From Antedon mediterranea (Eukaryota > Animalia > Echinodermata), in contig NC_092671.1 of assembly GCF_964355755.1 (NCBI RefSeq), positions 20,708,001 through 20,772,000 on the forward strand: 64,000 bases of DNA, read 5' to 3'. Positions 12,882 to 25,565 of the stretch are shown here, in pieces. The stretch's first letter is position 1, and every line of letters starts with the position of its first letter. Under the pieces are notes generated by a model. It saw nothing but the letters and a program-made list of their open reading frames with translations. It searched no databases and had not been told where the DNA came from. The position numbers and the translations under genes were made by a program.

Positions 12882-14273
12882 CTGGGGTAGCACTAACATT
12901 TCATTTTGTTTAGCCATTTGGCAAAAGTCGAAATATTTTTTTTAGTCAAATCAGTTTATCTATAGCCAAAATGGCTAAAGTCAAATTTTTTTATTTAGCC
13001 AAATGAATCGGTCATTAGCCAAAATTTAAAATTTTTGAAATATAGTGGTAAAAACATTTTAGTCAATTTATCTATGTCAACAGGTCTATACACTGTTCCC
13101 TGAACATTTTTGTAAGGCATTGAGATAAAGAACCATGCCTAAATCACTGTATGATTAAAAAAAATATTTTTTTTTGTATTTTTTTTACATGATCAAAACA
13201 ATTGTTTAAATTGTTTTTAATCATACAACATTTATACAGTTATCAATTTTATAAGAAACATTTTACAGTTTTCTGAAATCCCCTGAACGCTATGTTACTT
13301 TTGTTTTTTACGCTTGGCTGGTCATGTTTGCTTGTGACGGCTTAAATTGGGTATGCTCAAGAGGTGCGAAAATGCAGAACCGCCGGCCTAGGCCTATCAA
13401 CAACGCAACGGTATATCGTATGCTAAAAATATTGAGGAAAATTCCTAGCAAACGAACACTCGTATCGTTGTTAAACGTAAGATAATATAGGCCAATGCAC
13501 AGAGTACACGTCTTTCCATCCCTCAAGGCTGCGCCAAAGCGTTTTTGTCAGGGCGAGAAATTTATCCGATTATTATTTATTTACACAACAACACAGAAGC
13601 CGGCGGCCGGCCGGCTCAGATGCACGTGTGTGTTTAGCTAAATCCCCGTTAGACTCTACCATTTCCCGCATGTTGTTTTGTTTACACTGACGCATGAGGG
13701 AAGTTTATTAAGGGTAAAATATGAAACTACATTAAATTGGAAGACTCTAAAATGCATAACGCATACATTTTTGATTTCGATAAGATTAAGACGTCATTCA
13801 TCGAAGATACTATAATGTTTCTTTTTAATCTGAAAAGTACACCCCTATCGAAAAATAGACAATCCCGGTAATTAGCCGACCGTCGGCTACGTAGTCGATC
13901 GTTTGTGCAGCGCACAACACGTGATAGTTTGGGTAGACTTCATCATCCATGTGTCGTGTAACGTCTGTCTCTCTGTGCAGTCTACCTCTGCTATCTCCAT
14001 CTTTTTGAAATAACAAAGAGACGCCTGGTACAACGAAACAAGTTGACGAAAAATGGAGCTTGAAGTAAACAACGTGATAACGAACAAAATAAATGCTTGG
14101 AGATCGACAAATGGACCTTTTAGTTGGACTTTATGCTTTCGCCAAAATGATTATTTAAATATCTATTTTATCATATGTCATCGCCAAAATGGCTAAAGTA
14201 GCTGTTTTATTTTTCGCCAATCTAGAAACGTTTTCGCCCATGGCGACTTGGCGATCGGCCAGTGCGAGCCTAG
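12882..14273. mobile_element. Related TIR element with 5-bp TSD
   Basis: GATAT|CTGGGGTAGCACTA ... CAGTGCGAGCCTAG|GATAT; same TTAGCCAAA/TTCGCCAAA subterminal motifs as 9901-12114. Confidence 0.7.
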
Positions 14274-14797
14274 GATATTAAACTGGCGGCCGCTTTGACA
14301 ATACTCCCTGTAGTAGGCCTAGGGTAGAGGGCGCGCTACCCGGACATTGTTGTTAGTCGGACACGTGACACTGTTTACTTATGAATATGTATAAAATATT
14401 GACCAATCAAATAATTTTTCCTCATGAATTATTCATTACCGATGTCACGTCGCTGGGTAACCAAAAAAAATTACAATTTTCCATGAACATCGCTTCTAAA
14501 ACCAATAATTTATGTAGGGTAAAGTTCAAGGTCACACATGATTTTGGGTTTTTAAAGAAACTTATAAGGTCATAGGTCTATAAAATCTACACCAAACTTA
14601 TTTAAAATGTGTAAAAGTAACCCAAAATTGGATTTTAATAGTTGGTTCTTAACTCTTACTTCGTTGTTAAAAAAATAAAAAATGGCCGCTACACGTGGAT
14701 ATGGCTGATAGAGGGCTTCAAATACCAAGAACCAAAATGGTACCCCTGTTTTAGAAGTCGGACAGTAGGTGGCGCTATATATAAAAACATAGAATTA

Positions 14798-15135
14798 TGC
14801 ACTTGTCAATTGTATGATTCACTATACGACCCCCGGGAGAGGTGCGTCATGGGTGCGTCATTTACAAATAATTACTGACGCAGGGGTGCGTCAAAAAACC
14901 TAGATGGTACGTCACATCAATGAACAAGGTGTGTCAATGTCCGTCACTTTACCACCCACCATATCATAAACAACATGGTCACAGTGCGTCAAAATGGGTG
15001 CGTCATGGTCACCTAAAGATAAGTCACCTTTTTGACGCACGGGTGCGTCATGGTATTCAAAAGTATGACGCACATCGGACAAATGACGCACCTCTCCCGT
15101 GGGTCGTATAGTGGGTCATACAATTGACAAGTGCA
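14798..15135. mobile_element. MITE with TTA TSD (Harbinger/Tourist-type TSD)
   Basis: TTA|TGCACTTGTCAATTGTATGA...GGGAGAGGTGCGTCAT with ~55-bp inverse ending GTGCA|TTA; internal GGTGCGTCA repeats. Confidence 0.8.
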
Positions 15136-15497
15136 TTAATCACTAAAATTAATTAGTGGATCGCATTTTTTAAAGTAATTCAAAATCTCTATAAAAATCA
15201 AATATTATAAATAATTTTTTGTAAATATAAAGAATAAAATGATTATATTTGTATATTAAAAAAAAAAAAAATTTTTTTAATGAAATAATGTGAAATATAA
15301 ACAAAACATTGAGGGCGTCCGAGTACCAAAAAACGCGTCCGAGTACCGATCCTTGAAGGCCTAGGTAATCCAGGGCCCTTCTAGATATGAATTTAGTTGC
15401 TGTTTTTGGCGACACTAAATTATTATTACAGTTATATTTGTAAGTTTCTATTAAAATTCTAAAAGTTTGTCTAAATGTACAATTTTAGCAATTGTGT

Positions 15498-17398
15498 CAG
15501 TGTTCTCCCCAGGCCTTTGAAGCGTCACGGTACCGTGACGCTTGGGTTCTCTACCGTGACGCTTTACAGTCGGCCGTGACGCTTAAAACCTTATCCGTGA
15601 CGCTTAAAAATATCAACCACAACAATCTAAAAATAGATTAACAGGCAGGTACGGTACTTTTTCTAGAGCTGAGGCGCGGCATGCATAAAGAGCCTAATGC
15701 ATACGAGACACGTGACATGACCACTAGACGAAAAACAAAAGACTGCGTAACAAAGTGTTAAACAACTGAGACTCACTTTCACCGGCCGCCACCGCCGAGA
15801 GATGTAAACACGTGTTTTGTTACTGCCATGTCTCTCTTTCGATCTCTAGTATTTGGCTGTTGTCTAAAGTGTAGTAACTATATTGTAAATAAAGTAAATG
15901 ATTGATTGTATTGTTTTTCTTGTAAAAATGTTATGTGTATTAAAAATAAATATCGATGATATTATTATTGTCAATATCATACTGAATTAATCGACTCTAT
16001 CAGTGGGATTTACTCTTTCGTTGGTAACATACGCACGTCATCAAATGATTTCTAGGCGCAATTCAATGCTAGCTGCTTTGATCGTATAATACATTCAAGA
16101 AGGCTACGATCGTTTTCCTATTTGCTAGTGCGCTAAAGTCTTATTTCACTTAACTTAAGGTACATTTGTACATCGGTGCTAGAATGTTTTAGGCCCTACT
16201 TAGTGAGAAAGTCGAGTGACAAGGGATGTCACATGGTATTGTGATCAGTACTGCGATACTGTATGTCACATGGTGCTTTCACCGGCCGCCGCCGAGAGAT
16301 GTAAGCACGTGTTTTGTTACTGCCACGTCTCTCTTTCGAATGTTTTCCTATTTCCTTGTGCGCTATGAAGTCTTATTTCCGGGCAACTTGAGGTGTCTTA
16401 CTAATGAGTAAGCCTAGTTTTATTTCATCGGGACTTGCCCCCGATATTTGTATTTGAACGCAAAAAATGTTTTTTTATCGCATATGTTTACCCGCCGGCG
16501 GAAAAAAAAGTAGGCTACGATCGTTTTTAATGTTTGCTAACGCGTTATGAGGTGTCGTTTCCGGCTAACTACAGTTGCCTACTGATGAGGCATATTTTTT
16601 TTTCATATATCGCGTACAGTATGTTTACCTGCGGAAAAGTAGGCTCAATCGGGCTGTTTGCTAGCGCGCTATGAAGTGTCCTTTCCGGCCAACTACAGAG
16701 TTGTCCTACTGATGAGTAGGCATTTTTTATTTCATCGGGGAATTCCCCTTGACGTTCGTAATGAACGCAAAAAATGTTTCTTATCGCGTATGTTTACCGG
16801 CGGAAAAAGCAGGCTACGATCGTGCGGTTTGCTAGCGCGCTATGAAGTGTCTTTCCGGCCAACTACAGAGTTGTTCTACTCATGAGTAGGCCTAGTTTTA
16901 TTTCATCGGGGAATTCCCCTTGACGTTCGTATTGAACGCAAAAACATTTTTTTATCGCGTATGTTTACTGGCGGAAAAAGTATGCTACGATGGTTTTACT
17001 GTTTGCTAGTGCGTTTTCCGGCCAACTAGAGTTGTCCTACTGATGAGTAGGCTAATAGATTAGGCCTATTTTTTTCATTGGGGCTTCCCCCTGACGTTCG
17101 TAATGAACGCAAAAAATGTTTTTTCGCGTATGTTTACCGGCGGAAAAAGTTGGCTACGATCGTTTTGTTGTTTGCTAGCGCGCTATAAGTGTTATTTCCG
17201 GCCAAACCAGAGGTGTCATTCAACATAAATGTTATGTGCGAGAGTACCATTTCCGGCCATCTAGGGGGTAAATTACCAAAAATCGCTTCGCCACAGCCCC
17301 AACCATGGTGGGGCTGTGACTCAAGTACTTAGTGTCGGAATTCCCCCCACCCCCTGAGGGAAACGTGACGCTTGATGTGAATCCTGGGGAGAACACTG
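15498..17398. mobile_element. hAT-like termini element with 5-bp TSD
   Basis: TGTGT|CAGTGTTCTCCCCAGG ... CCTGGGGAGAACACTG|TGTGT; CGTGACGCTT subterminal repeats; empty site at ~5381-5400. Confidence 0.85.
16095..17215. repeat. Degenerate tandem array (~130-180-bp unit) inside the transposon
   Basis: Unit containing AGGCTACGATCG...TTTGCTAGCGCGCTATGAAGTG...TTTCCGGCCAACTAC...ATGTTTACCGGCGGAAAAAG repeated about 6 times. Confidence 0.85.
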
Positions 17399-17469
17399 TG
17401 TGTACATTATAGTGTTAACCGTCCGAGTACCGCACCCCCTATGTAGGATTTTGAGCCGCCGACAAGTTG

Positions 17470-19104
17470 AGCCGCCGCCAGAAAAACGTTATTTTCTATG
17501 AAACGCCAAATGCTTACTTTCGCCAGTGCTCGTTTCTATTTAATAGAAGTTCTATTTATATTAATTATTAGATATAACGATGTATATTCCAAAGTTTATA
17601 TATCACGGTTTTTAGTATATATTATTAAATATTATAATTAAAGAGAAATAATTATGAATATCTGACTTGTAGATTCCAAAATATAAGGCCTAAAACATGA
17701 CCGAAAATGATCGTTTTTAGCCAAAAATGACGTAATCATGTTGCCCCCTTAGGCGGCAGTTGTATGAACTAGGCCTACTCCATTTTTCGGTAAAATAATT
17801 GCATAAAATCACCGTTTTTTAGTAAAATATTTTGTGTATCAACATTGTAAAATTCAATAAAATATGATATTAAAAGATAGTAGATAAAAAATAATAATTA
17901 TTTAACCTCATTCGAAGAGTATCAATACTCTATTAGTCCTGAGAGACAACATGATTTTACGCGAGAAAAATATTATGGAGTGCACTGCACTTGAAAGAAT
18001 TGAAAGATTAAAAACAATTAAATTATTAAATATGACTACTTTCCTTTGCTAGGGACTGGCATGTATTTTTCAATTTATCTTTCTGCATTTGAATAGTGTT
18101 CAGTTTGAAAGAGTATATAATCGTAAGCATTTTAAACTTTAAATCAACAAAATTGATTGAGTATTTCGAAAGTTATGAATAAAATAAGGTGTAAAAATTT
18201 GGCACCATCACTATCCTTTGTTTACATAGGAATCCCCACCCCGCGTTTGTGACCTTGTACACAAATAGTCACTGGGTGAAAATACTACTAAAACACATAT
18301 AAATACATTTTATGAACATATTTTTAATTAGAAAGTTGATGGTGACAAATATATATTTGCATAGTACCACATTTTGTTTGGAAATTGTGTCAAAATCACA
18401 AAAATAAGATAGAAAGTACTTATTTTATGTTTACCCTCTCCCCGGACTGCGCGAATGTCCCGGAGGAATACCCCCACCTCAGCCAGGCTGTGTGATGACG
18501 TCATCAGGCACTTCGCGGCCTAGAATTGCTTACTCACCTAGCATCAGGTGATTAAAAACCTTTTGTGATCCAATATAGGTGATATTTATGTAAAACCAAA
18601 GGTGTACACTGTTAAAATATAAATATATCTAAAATATATAAGCAAAATCCCAAAATATTAGGCATGTTTTCGATTTTTTCTGATTTTACTAACATTTCGA
18701 GCCCAAAATAAAATGTCATCGCGAAGACATGTGGGCAAAGGAATTTCAAATTTTTCATCGGAATTTTCCGGAAAAGATTGTACAGTCATTCGTTTTTTCT
18801 GAATAGCCAATCAGAGTTCGTAAATTCATGCGCAAGTTGACCCCTTTTTAACAGGTTAAGGGTCACACTTGTCTATTCCCTAAAGATGTCTGCTGCCCTC
18901 TACTCTAGCGGTTTTGCTAGTCGCTACCTTTGCTGTGTTGTTATGGCGGTTCAAACCAACAAAATTGTAGTATGTAATTATTATTTATTTTCATGACACA
19001 ATAAACCTAAAGACCATGAACTTATGTACTAGGACACCCCTCTATCACTACGCGAAATGTCGTAAAAGACGCACTGGGCGTTTCATAGAAATTACCGGCG
19101 GCTC
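17470..19104. mobile_element. Possible TIR element with GAG termini (Sola-like?)
   Basis: GAGCCGCCG...TTCTATGAAACGCC vs GGCGTTTCATAGAA...CGGCGGCTC; no clean TSD. Confidence 0.4.
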
Positions 19105-19743
19105 AACCGGTCATATCCCCCCTAGGCTAGGTAAATACAGAAAAGTCGGCATACCCCGCCTAACTGTGTGGACGATAGGGCCCATTCTAAACATAAAGGA
19201 AGGACAAATGGGTCCACGAAAATGAATCGTCCGTGGGCCTGATTATCTGTATACCGCTATGGCTTGGCTGGCCCTAGAGCTAGGCCTAGCCTAGTCACAT
19301 TAAAAAGCATTACCATTACCGACCTAAGGCTAGGACTGGAGACCTCCTAAAAACATACAGTACAGTGACAGTGGGTCATAGATAGATAGAGGCCTACTAG
19401 CCTACTAGGCCTACTGTTCTTACTTTTATAGCACAACTAAGACTTTCAAAGTCAACTCCATTTTTCATACACTGCAGTATCCGTTCACCTTCCATAATAC
19501 AGTGTTAATAAATAAGCGAAACTGTACACAAACAAGTGACACAACAATGATGGTCAGCTAGCCAGCTTCGGCTACACAAAAAACGAATCTTCCGCCGCCG
19601 TCCGTCGCGCATGACGGTGGTGGGGTACAACGATATGATGCGAGCATGCAGGTGTGACGTGTATTGTAAAATTAATCTGATTGGATGTATTCCTTTTAAA
19701 CAGCATTTATCAACCAACCAAACGTCATGATATGAGACGTTAT

Positions 19744-19779
19744 CAAAGATTATAGCGCCGCTACGCTATACAATCTTTG
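19744..19779. mobile_element. 36-bp P-like mini element
   Basis: CAAAGATTATAGCG-CCGCTA-CGCTATACAATCTTTG with 7-bp TSD ACGTTAT (the right copy is split by the hAT-like insert); termini resemble 22684-25053. Confidence 0.6.
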
Positions 19780-19783
19780 ACGT

Positions 19784-20616
19784 CAGAGCCATATATTATT
19801 ATATATAATAAAGAGTTACGACATTGAAAATTAGAAGCCATTTTTGTGTCAAAGAATTCGCACGCTGAGGGCGCGCGCGTCTTTTTTGTATAGCGTTTTC
19901 CTGTAGTTTCCATGCATTATCTTTAGATTTTGTTGTCAATGAAATAACGCTTAGATTCCGTTTTTATTTTAGTAAATAATGTTATTAATGGTATTAATTT
20001 GGTAACATATATATATTGTGTCTATAATAACAAAAGAATAAATGCTAGGGCCTACATGCAAGTCAGGATACATCAAAGCATGAACCAATACAAAAAACAC
20101 ACAAATTCACCCCTATTTTTATACAGTATATGGTATGGCTCTCTGTGTGTTTTTGACACAAACTTTCAGAGACTCGTTCATCATTTCATTTGTAATAATT
20201 TGCCTTTATTATTTTAATATTGTTCATACCTATTCAATATATTAACAAATATATCCACGACACCTTATTATTTTATTTAGTCATCAAGCATGCATTATGA
20301 ATTGAAAATATTACATATTGTTATTAATGGAACGTAGTTATGGGATGTTTTGTTCCAAAATCAATCAATCGAACGTTATAATGTACTAGCGTACGCGCGC
20401 GCAATATTCTTTGGCGCAAGTGGTTCTGTACGCTGTGCACGTCGATATTCGACCGTAAAAAGTGCAATTACATTTTTTTTAATATAAGAAAAAGTTTAAA
20501 GTAATGTCTTGCTTCTATATTTTACATGCATTAAACGGAGACAAGTTTGACACAAATTGATCTGCATATCACGTGACTTAAATCCAATGTCGTAACTCTT
20601 TATATATATGGCTCTG
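19784..20616. mobile_element. hAT-like MITE
   Basis: CAGAGCCATATAT...AAAGAGTTACGACATTG / CAATGTCGTAACTCTTTATATATATGGCTCTG; 8-bp TSD TTTGACGT/TTTGACAT. Confidence 0.85.
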
Positions 20617-21422
20617 TTTGACATTATGACCAATGGCCCTCTCTCTGGTCGAATTTGTCTGACGTGGTTTTTGTACGTCAGTGTCTGAAAATCGAGGAAT
20701 ATCTTTTGTTTTCTTTATAATTTATAGCAGTTTCGATTGCTTCTTGTAATTTCTGTTCCGAAGTTTTTCTGAACGATTCTGAAAACGTAAATCTGAAGAA
20801 CTGATACGTAATGCTTGACTGTACGGTATGTTTTTAGTACAGTGTGTCGAGAATGACAACTGCTAGGAAATATGTACATATTTTTTATCCGTGGGTTTAC
20901 GCATAATCAATTACTTTTTATGATGGTTTACGGAATAGGTCAGTTTTTAGTGTACTATGGTCACTATAGTTTCCAAAAAGTCAACGCTACTACTAGTGGA
21001 CTTAGTAGCTGTAAAAGTATTTACCTGAAAAAATGTAATTTAACGCAAAAAATACTTAAATTGTCTTTCAGACAATTGTTTTTGGTTAAAATTAAACATT
21101 TCTTTCTCTTTTTTCATAAGTGAATATTTATTTTTTATTGAAGTGAATAACTTATGTATTTGAAGTAAAATACAACAAGAATTAATATTTTGTTATGTCA
21201 TAATTGTGCAATTGAAATTGAAAAATAAAAAATACTGAATCTGTAAAAGATGATTTGCTTATTAAATAATTTAAATAAAAATGACTTCTAAATAATATAT
21301 TATATATATAAACACAACAAGCATAGAAATAAATTCCAAACCGCCCGGTGATACGCTGAAAATTATTTAATTCATTTTTTGAAACGATAAAGATGAGGAA
21401 ATCTGGGAGAATGAGAAAAAGT

Positions 21423-21494
21423 CGCCCCAACCGAGACTCGAACTCGGACCGTCTGCTTGATATGCAGTTGCCCTAACCATTAGACCACTGGGGC
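21423..21494 (-). tRNA. tRNA-like gene, anticodon ATC (repeat-borne)
   Basis: Identical (inverted) to 25125-25196; full cloverleaf, A and B boxes, T5 terminator. Confidence 0.6.
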
Positions 21495-21830
21495 TAATGT
21501 TAAGTCCAAAAGATTTTGTGGTTTAAGTTGTAATTCCCAGTGGTTTTCCTTGTCTTTGCGAATTTTGTCGCTCCATTTGACATCGTGGTGTATTGCAATA
21601 ACTCTGAAATTTGCAATCGAGTGACCAGCTGAATTAAAATGTTCGGCTACAGGTTGATCAAGCTTTAATGTTTTAATTGCTGATCTGTGTTGTGTCATTC
21701 TCATACGGAGAGTGTTTTTTGTTTCTCCGACGTACTGTTTGCCACAAATATTACAGTATATGAGATAAATTACGTTTTTGGTTAGACAATTAATTGATTG
21801 TCTTATCCGAAAAATGCGGCCAGTTTATAT
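21495..21830 (-). pseudogene. Penelope-like element C-terminal GIY-YIG endonuclease fragment
   Basis: Translates ...INCLTKNVIYLIYCNICGKQYVGETKNTLRMRMTQHRSAI...PVAEHFN..GH...ENHWELQLK, then GLN after a 1-nt frameshift. Confidence 0.9.
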
Positions 21831-22255
21831 ATATATACAGGTATATACAAACTCGATTGAATAGCGACTCTTTCTAACATTCTCGGCGTGGTACGGCGGA
21901 ACAGCACTAGTCCTCAGTTGTACGCACGCACTCCAGAGATCAAATTGATACGCCCTCATCTTTCAGTATATTTATTCACGAGGCGGGATCTCCAAAGAGA
22001 TACTTTTATATATATATAAACACAGCAGGCAAAGAACATTAATTCTAAACCGCCTGGTGATATACTGAAATTTAATTAATTAATTTGAAACGATAAAGAT
22101 GAGGAAATCTGTGAGAATGAGAAAAATGGTATTGTTCAAACTCGATTGGATAGCGACTCTTTAACATTCTCGGCGTGGTACGGCGGAACAGCAGTAGTCC
22201 TCAGTTGTACGCACGCGCACCAGAGATCAAATTGATATATATATATATCTATATT

Positions 22256-22292
22256 GCACTGATGAAGGGCTAGTGTTGCCCGAAAGCTCTGC
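22256..22292 (+). ncRNA. Minimal type I hammerhead ribozyme (PLE-type)
   Basis: GCA-CTGATGA-A-GGGC(TAGTGTT)GCCC-GAAA-GC-TC|TGC: conserved core, stem II, palindromic AGCT stem III, short stem I GCA/TGC; downstream sequence recurs beside the GIY-YIG fragment at 61600-62155. Confidence 0.7.
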
Positions 22293-22361
22293 TAACTTTT
22301 CTGGCTGTTTACTTTATCGTTTTGATTTAGCTTTTCGCTTTTTTTTGTAATTTGCCTTTGG

Positions 22362-22614
<253 letters not shown>

Positions 22615-22683
22615 ACCACCATATATATATATATTTGATTTCTGGTGCGCGTGCGTACAACTGAGGACTAGTTGTGTTCCAAC

Positions 22684-25053
22684 CAAAGATCGTATAGCGC
22701 CACGTAGTGGCGCAAGATATGGAACTGACGCTCAAAAAATGATAATTCCATGGGCAGCCATTCCGGCAAGCGGATTACCCAGTAGGCAATGCGGCACGCC
22801 ACCAAATCAATGTAAACAAATAGGATTTACATCTACGCGATAAACAGTACGACTTTATTTTATCTTTCGCGTCAAAATGAAAGAACATCTATATAAAATT
22901 CGATTATATAAATTTACTCCATTTGATATTACACTTACATATGCGTATATCACTGTCCAACCTCAAACGGCTACAGAATAAACACTGACTGTATGGAGGA
23001 CGAATTTTGTAGGCAGTCGGTTGAGGCATAGTTATAAATAGTGTCGCGGGGCGCAGCGCGATGCTACGCACTTCACGCCCAAGGTCGGCCGCGTTTGGCC
23101 TAGGCTGGGATGATGGCTTAGTTTATGTGCGAGAGAAGCATTTTTTTGGAGATGAATTGTAATAATTGCCAAATATATTGTCCAAAACTGTCTTTTTAAT
23201 TTAAAAAAAAAAAAAAAATTAATGGGCAGGGGGATGTTCTTTCCCCTGTTCGGACCCTCTCTTTCTATTTTGTGTGCTTCAGGCCTACAAAGTTATTTCA
23301 TTGCAAGGGGAATTTTACTACGATCTGCCACAACTGTAGTATACTGTACAAACATTACTAGATACAAAAACAATTGTTACATTTTTTTAATTTCAAAAAA
23401 GTAAAAGTATTAAATATTAATTTTAAAAATTCATAATCATAATTTGTTCTTTTCAACCCACTTTTATTAGCTCAACTTTCAATATTACAGACAGGATTAA
23501 AATGCAATAAAAATACTGAAAAATCTCACTTTATACAATATTAATAAATAATGATGGAATAATTAAATACACTCAATAAATAAATTACGAATGTATGGTT
23601 TTAGCCTTCTTAAATACAAGGAAAATTCTATTATTTTGATTTCTTGTATTACAAAAGAAGCCAATAGGCCTAAACAACAGTACTGATAATAACTGAATTC
23701 TGGTTATTTCCTTTCACTTAAAAGTATGAGGTGTGTGAAAATAGTGATTTTATTTGTAATCCCATAGGATACTGCTCCTTTTCAAGAATCAAAAATATAA
23801 ACTATTATTACTATTGAAATATAATTGTCCATCAGTTCTGGCCTTTGTATTTAATTCTTGTGTAAAATACCACTTTGCACTCAATCATCTATCTTCTCAA
23901 TTTTACAGTATGATGACAGACTTATATCTTTCTGAAATAGGGAAAAATATATCATTAAATTATTAGGTCACTTTTCGAACTGTTACATAATCATTTGATT
24001 ACTTATTATAGTATTTTAAAATACTATACATTTTTAAATTCAAAACAAAAGTCAATATACTATTTATTAATAATTGTAAGTATTCAAAAATGTTTACATT
24101 AATTAACTAAATATTTTTCAAATAAAGATGAAGAACAAAATAAATATGAGGATCAAATTTATAATTTAAATTTATTAAATAAAAAAAACAAACAATTCAT
24201 TCATTCATAATAACATTTATTTCTTATCATTTCAAAGTAAACAAAATAACAATTTAAATATAAATAATTAAGAGGCAACACCCAGAAAGTAATAACATTT
24301 GGAGGTTTCCCTCCAAAAAAACTTGTGACGGGTAGCCAGTTAAGAAATTGTAATCATATTGGAGTTTAAACAAACAGAAACAAAACAAGACAAACAAACA
24401 AACATGTAAAGCAAGACAACGACAAATTAACAACAATAACAACATCCTCACGATTTTTTATTTCATTACATTTAATTATTTCTGTTAATGTTATTATTAA
24501 TAAAACGCTATATTGTCTTGTACATTTTTATTAAAAATTCCTAATTCCCGAACAGCTTCAGTTTTTTTCTTAATCTTCCATCCATCCAAGCCTTGTTTGA
24601 TCCATCTATCATCAAGACGCCAATCAATATCATTCATCCTCCCAGACTTTTTTTTATTAATCATACTAACTAAACTAGGCCTAGTATTCGGCATTAAATA
24701 TGCCCAGGCCTACTACTACTAGTACTAGGCCCTAGATCGGATTGCGCAGAAACGCCTGCCTGAACTAAATTTAAACAACAATTTAATAATTTTGTTAATG
24801 TTTACTAACAAAAAAATATATATTCTAAAAACTTACCACTACAATTTACCCAATACAACACGAGAAAACTTCCCGAACAAACAATAACACGTCACACGTG
24901 GATGTGGTTCAATGGTTTATTATACACTTCCGGGGTATGTGATCGCGTAACTTGCTTGCCGGAATGGCTGCCCATGGAATTTCACTCATGCGCAGTGTAT
25001 AAGAGATAGGAGTTCCCTATCTTGCGCCACTTCGTGGCGCTATAGTATCTTTG
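22684..25053. mobile_element. P-element-like non-autonomous transposon
   Basis: GTTCCAAC|CAAAGATCGTATAGCGCCACG ... CGTGGCGCTATAGTATCTTTG|GTTCCAAC: perfect 8-bp TSD, ~100-bp imperfect TIRs; inserted in a family A unit. Confidence 0.85.
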
Positions 25054-25124
25054 GTTCCAACCGTACCACGCCGAGAATGTTAAAGGGTCGTTATCAGATC
25101 GAGTTAAAGAACAATACCATGAAA

Positions 25125-25196
25125 GCCCCAGTGGTCTAATGGTTAGGGCAACTGCATATCAAGCAGACGGTCCGAGTTCGAGTCTCGGTTGGGGCG
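25125..25196 (+). tRNA. tRNA-like gene, anticodon ATC (repeat-borne)
   Basis: Acceptor GCCCCAG/TTGGGGC, D stem GTCT/GGGC, anticodon arm CTGC-ATATCAA-GCAG, T arm CCGAG-TTCGAGT-CTCGG, TTTTT at 25199-25203. Confidence 0.6.
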
Positions 25197-25367
25197 ACTT
25201 TTTCTCATTCTCACAGATTTCCTCATCTTTATCGTTTCAAAAAATTAATTAAATAATTTTCAGTGTATCACCGGGCGGTTTGGAATTTATTTCTATGCCT
25301 GTTGTGTTTATATATATATAAAAGTATCTCTCGAGATCCCGCTTAGTGAATAAATATACTGAATTAT

Positions 25368-25565
25368 ACCCCTTTCACACCAAAAGCAAAACTCCGGAGA
25401 CACTCCGGAGACACCCCGGAGTTGACGTCCCGCTGTTTGGTGTGAAAGGTAAAATCAAGCAACTCCGGAGTTTAAAACTGCGGGGTTGAACAGCTGAACA
25501 TTCTCCGGAGAGCGAACTGCGGGGACACCCCGGTGTTTTGGTGTGAAAGGTACCAACATCAAACT
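25368..25565. mobile_element. MITE fragment (Harbinger-like)
   Basis: CCTTTCACACCAAA with two inverse TTTGGTGTGAAAGG copies and CTCCGGAG repeats. Confidence 0.5.

Larger units (their letters stand above)
14328..17438. mobile_element. MULE-like non-autonomous element hosting two insertions
   Basis: AGGGCGCGCTACCCGGAC ... GTCCGAGTACCGCACCCC; TSD degenerate; partial second copy at 5025-5415. Confidence 0.6.
21300..22240 (-). mobile_element. Cluster of (TA)n-associated repeat family A plus Penelope-like endonuclease fragment
   Basis: Units CAACTGAGGACTAGTGCTGTTCCGCCGTACCACGCCGAGAATG...CTCATTCTCACAGATTTCCTCATC bounded by TA runs; further copies at 22634-25680 (+), 47560-47860 (-) and 49210-50020 (-). 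Confidence 0.75.

Noticed and set aside
14820-15113. CACTATAC...GTATAGTG as Transib-like termini
   Set aside because: Inverted symmetry extends 22 bp further out to a TTA TSD, and no 5-bp TSD flanks the CAC.
22655-22680. CTGAGGA in family A as a hammerhead core
   Set aside because: No stem II or GAAA partner follows in any copy.
25156-25162. Reading the loop as a TCA (Sec/opal suppressor) anticodon
   Set aside because: In the 7-nt loop ATATCAA the central triplet is ATC; there is no long variable arm or extended acceptor stem of tRNA-Sec.
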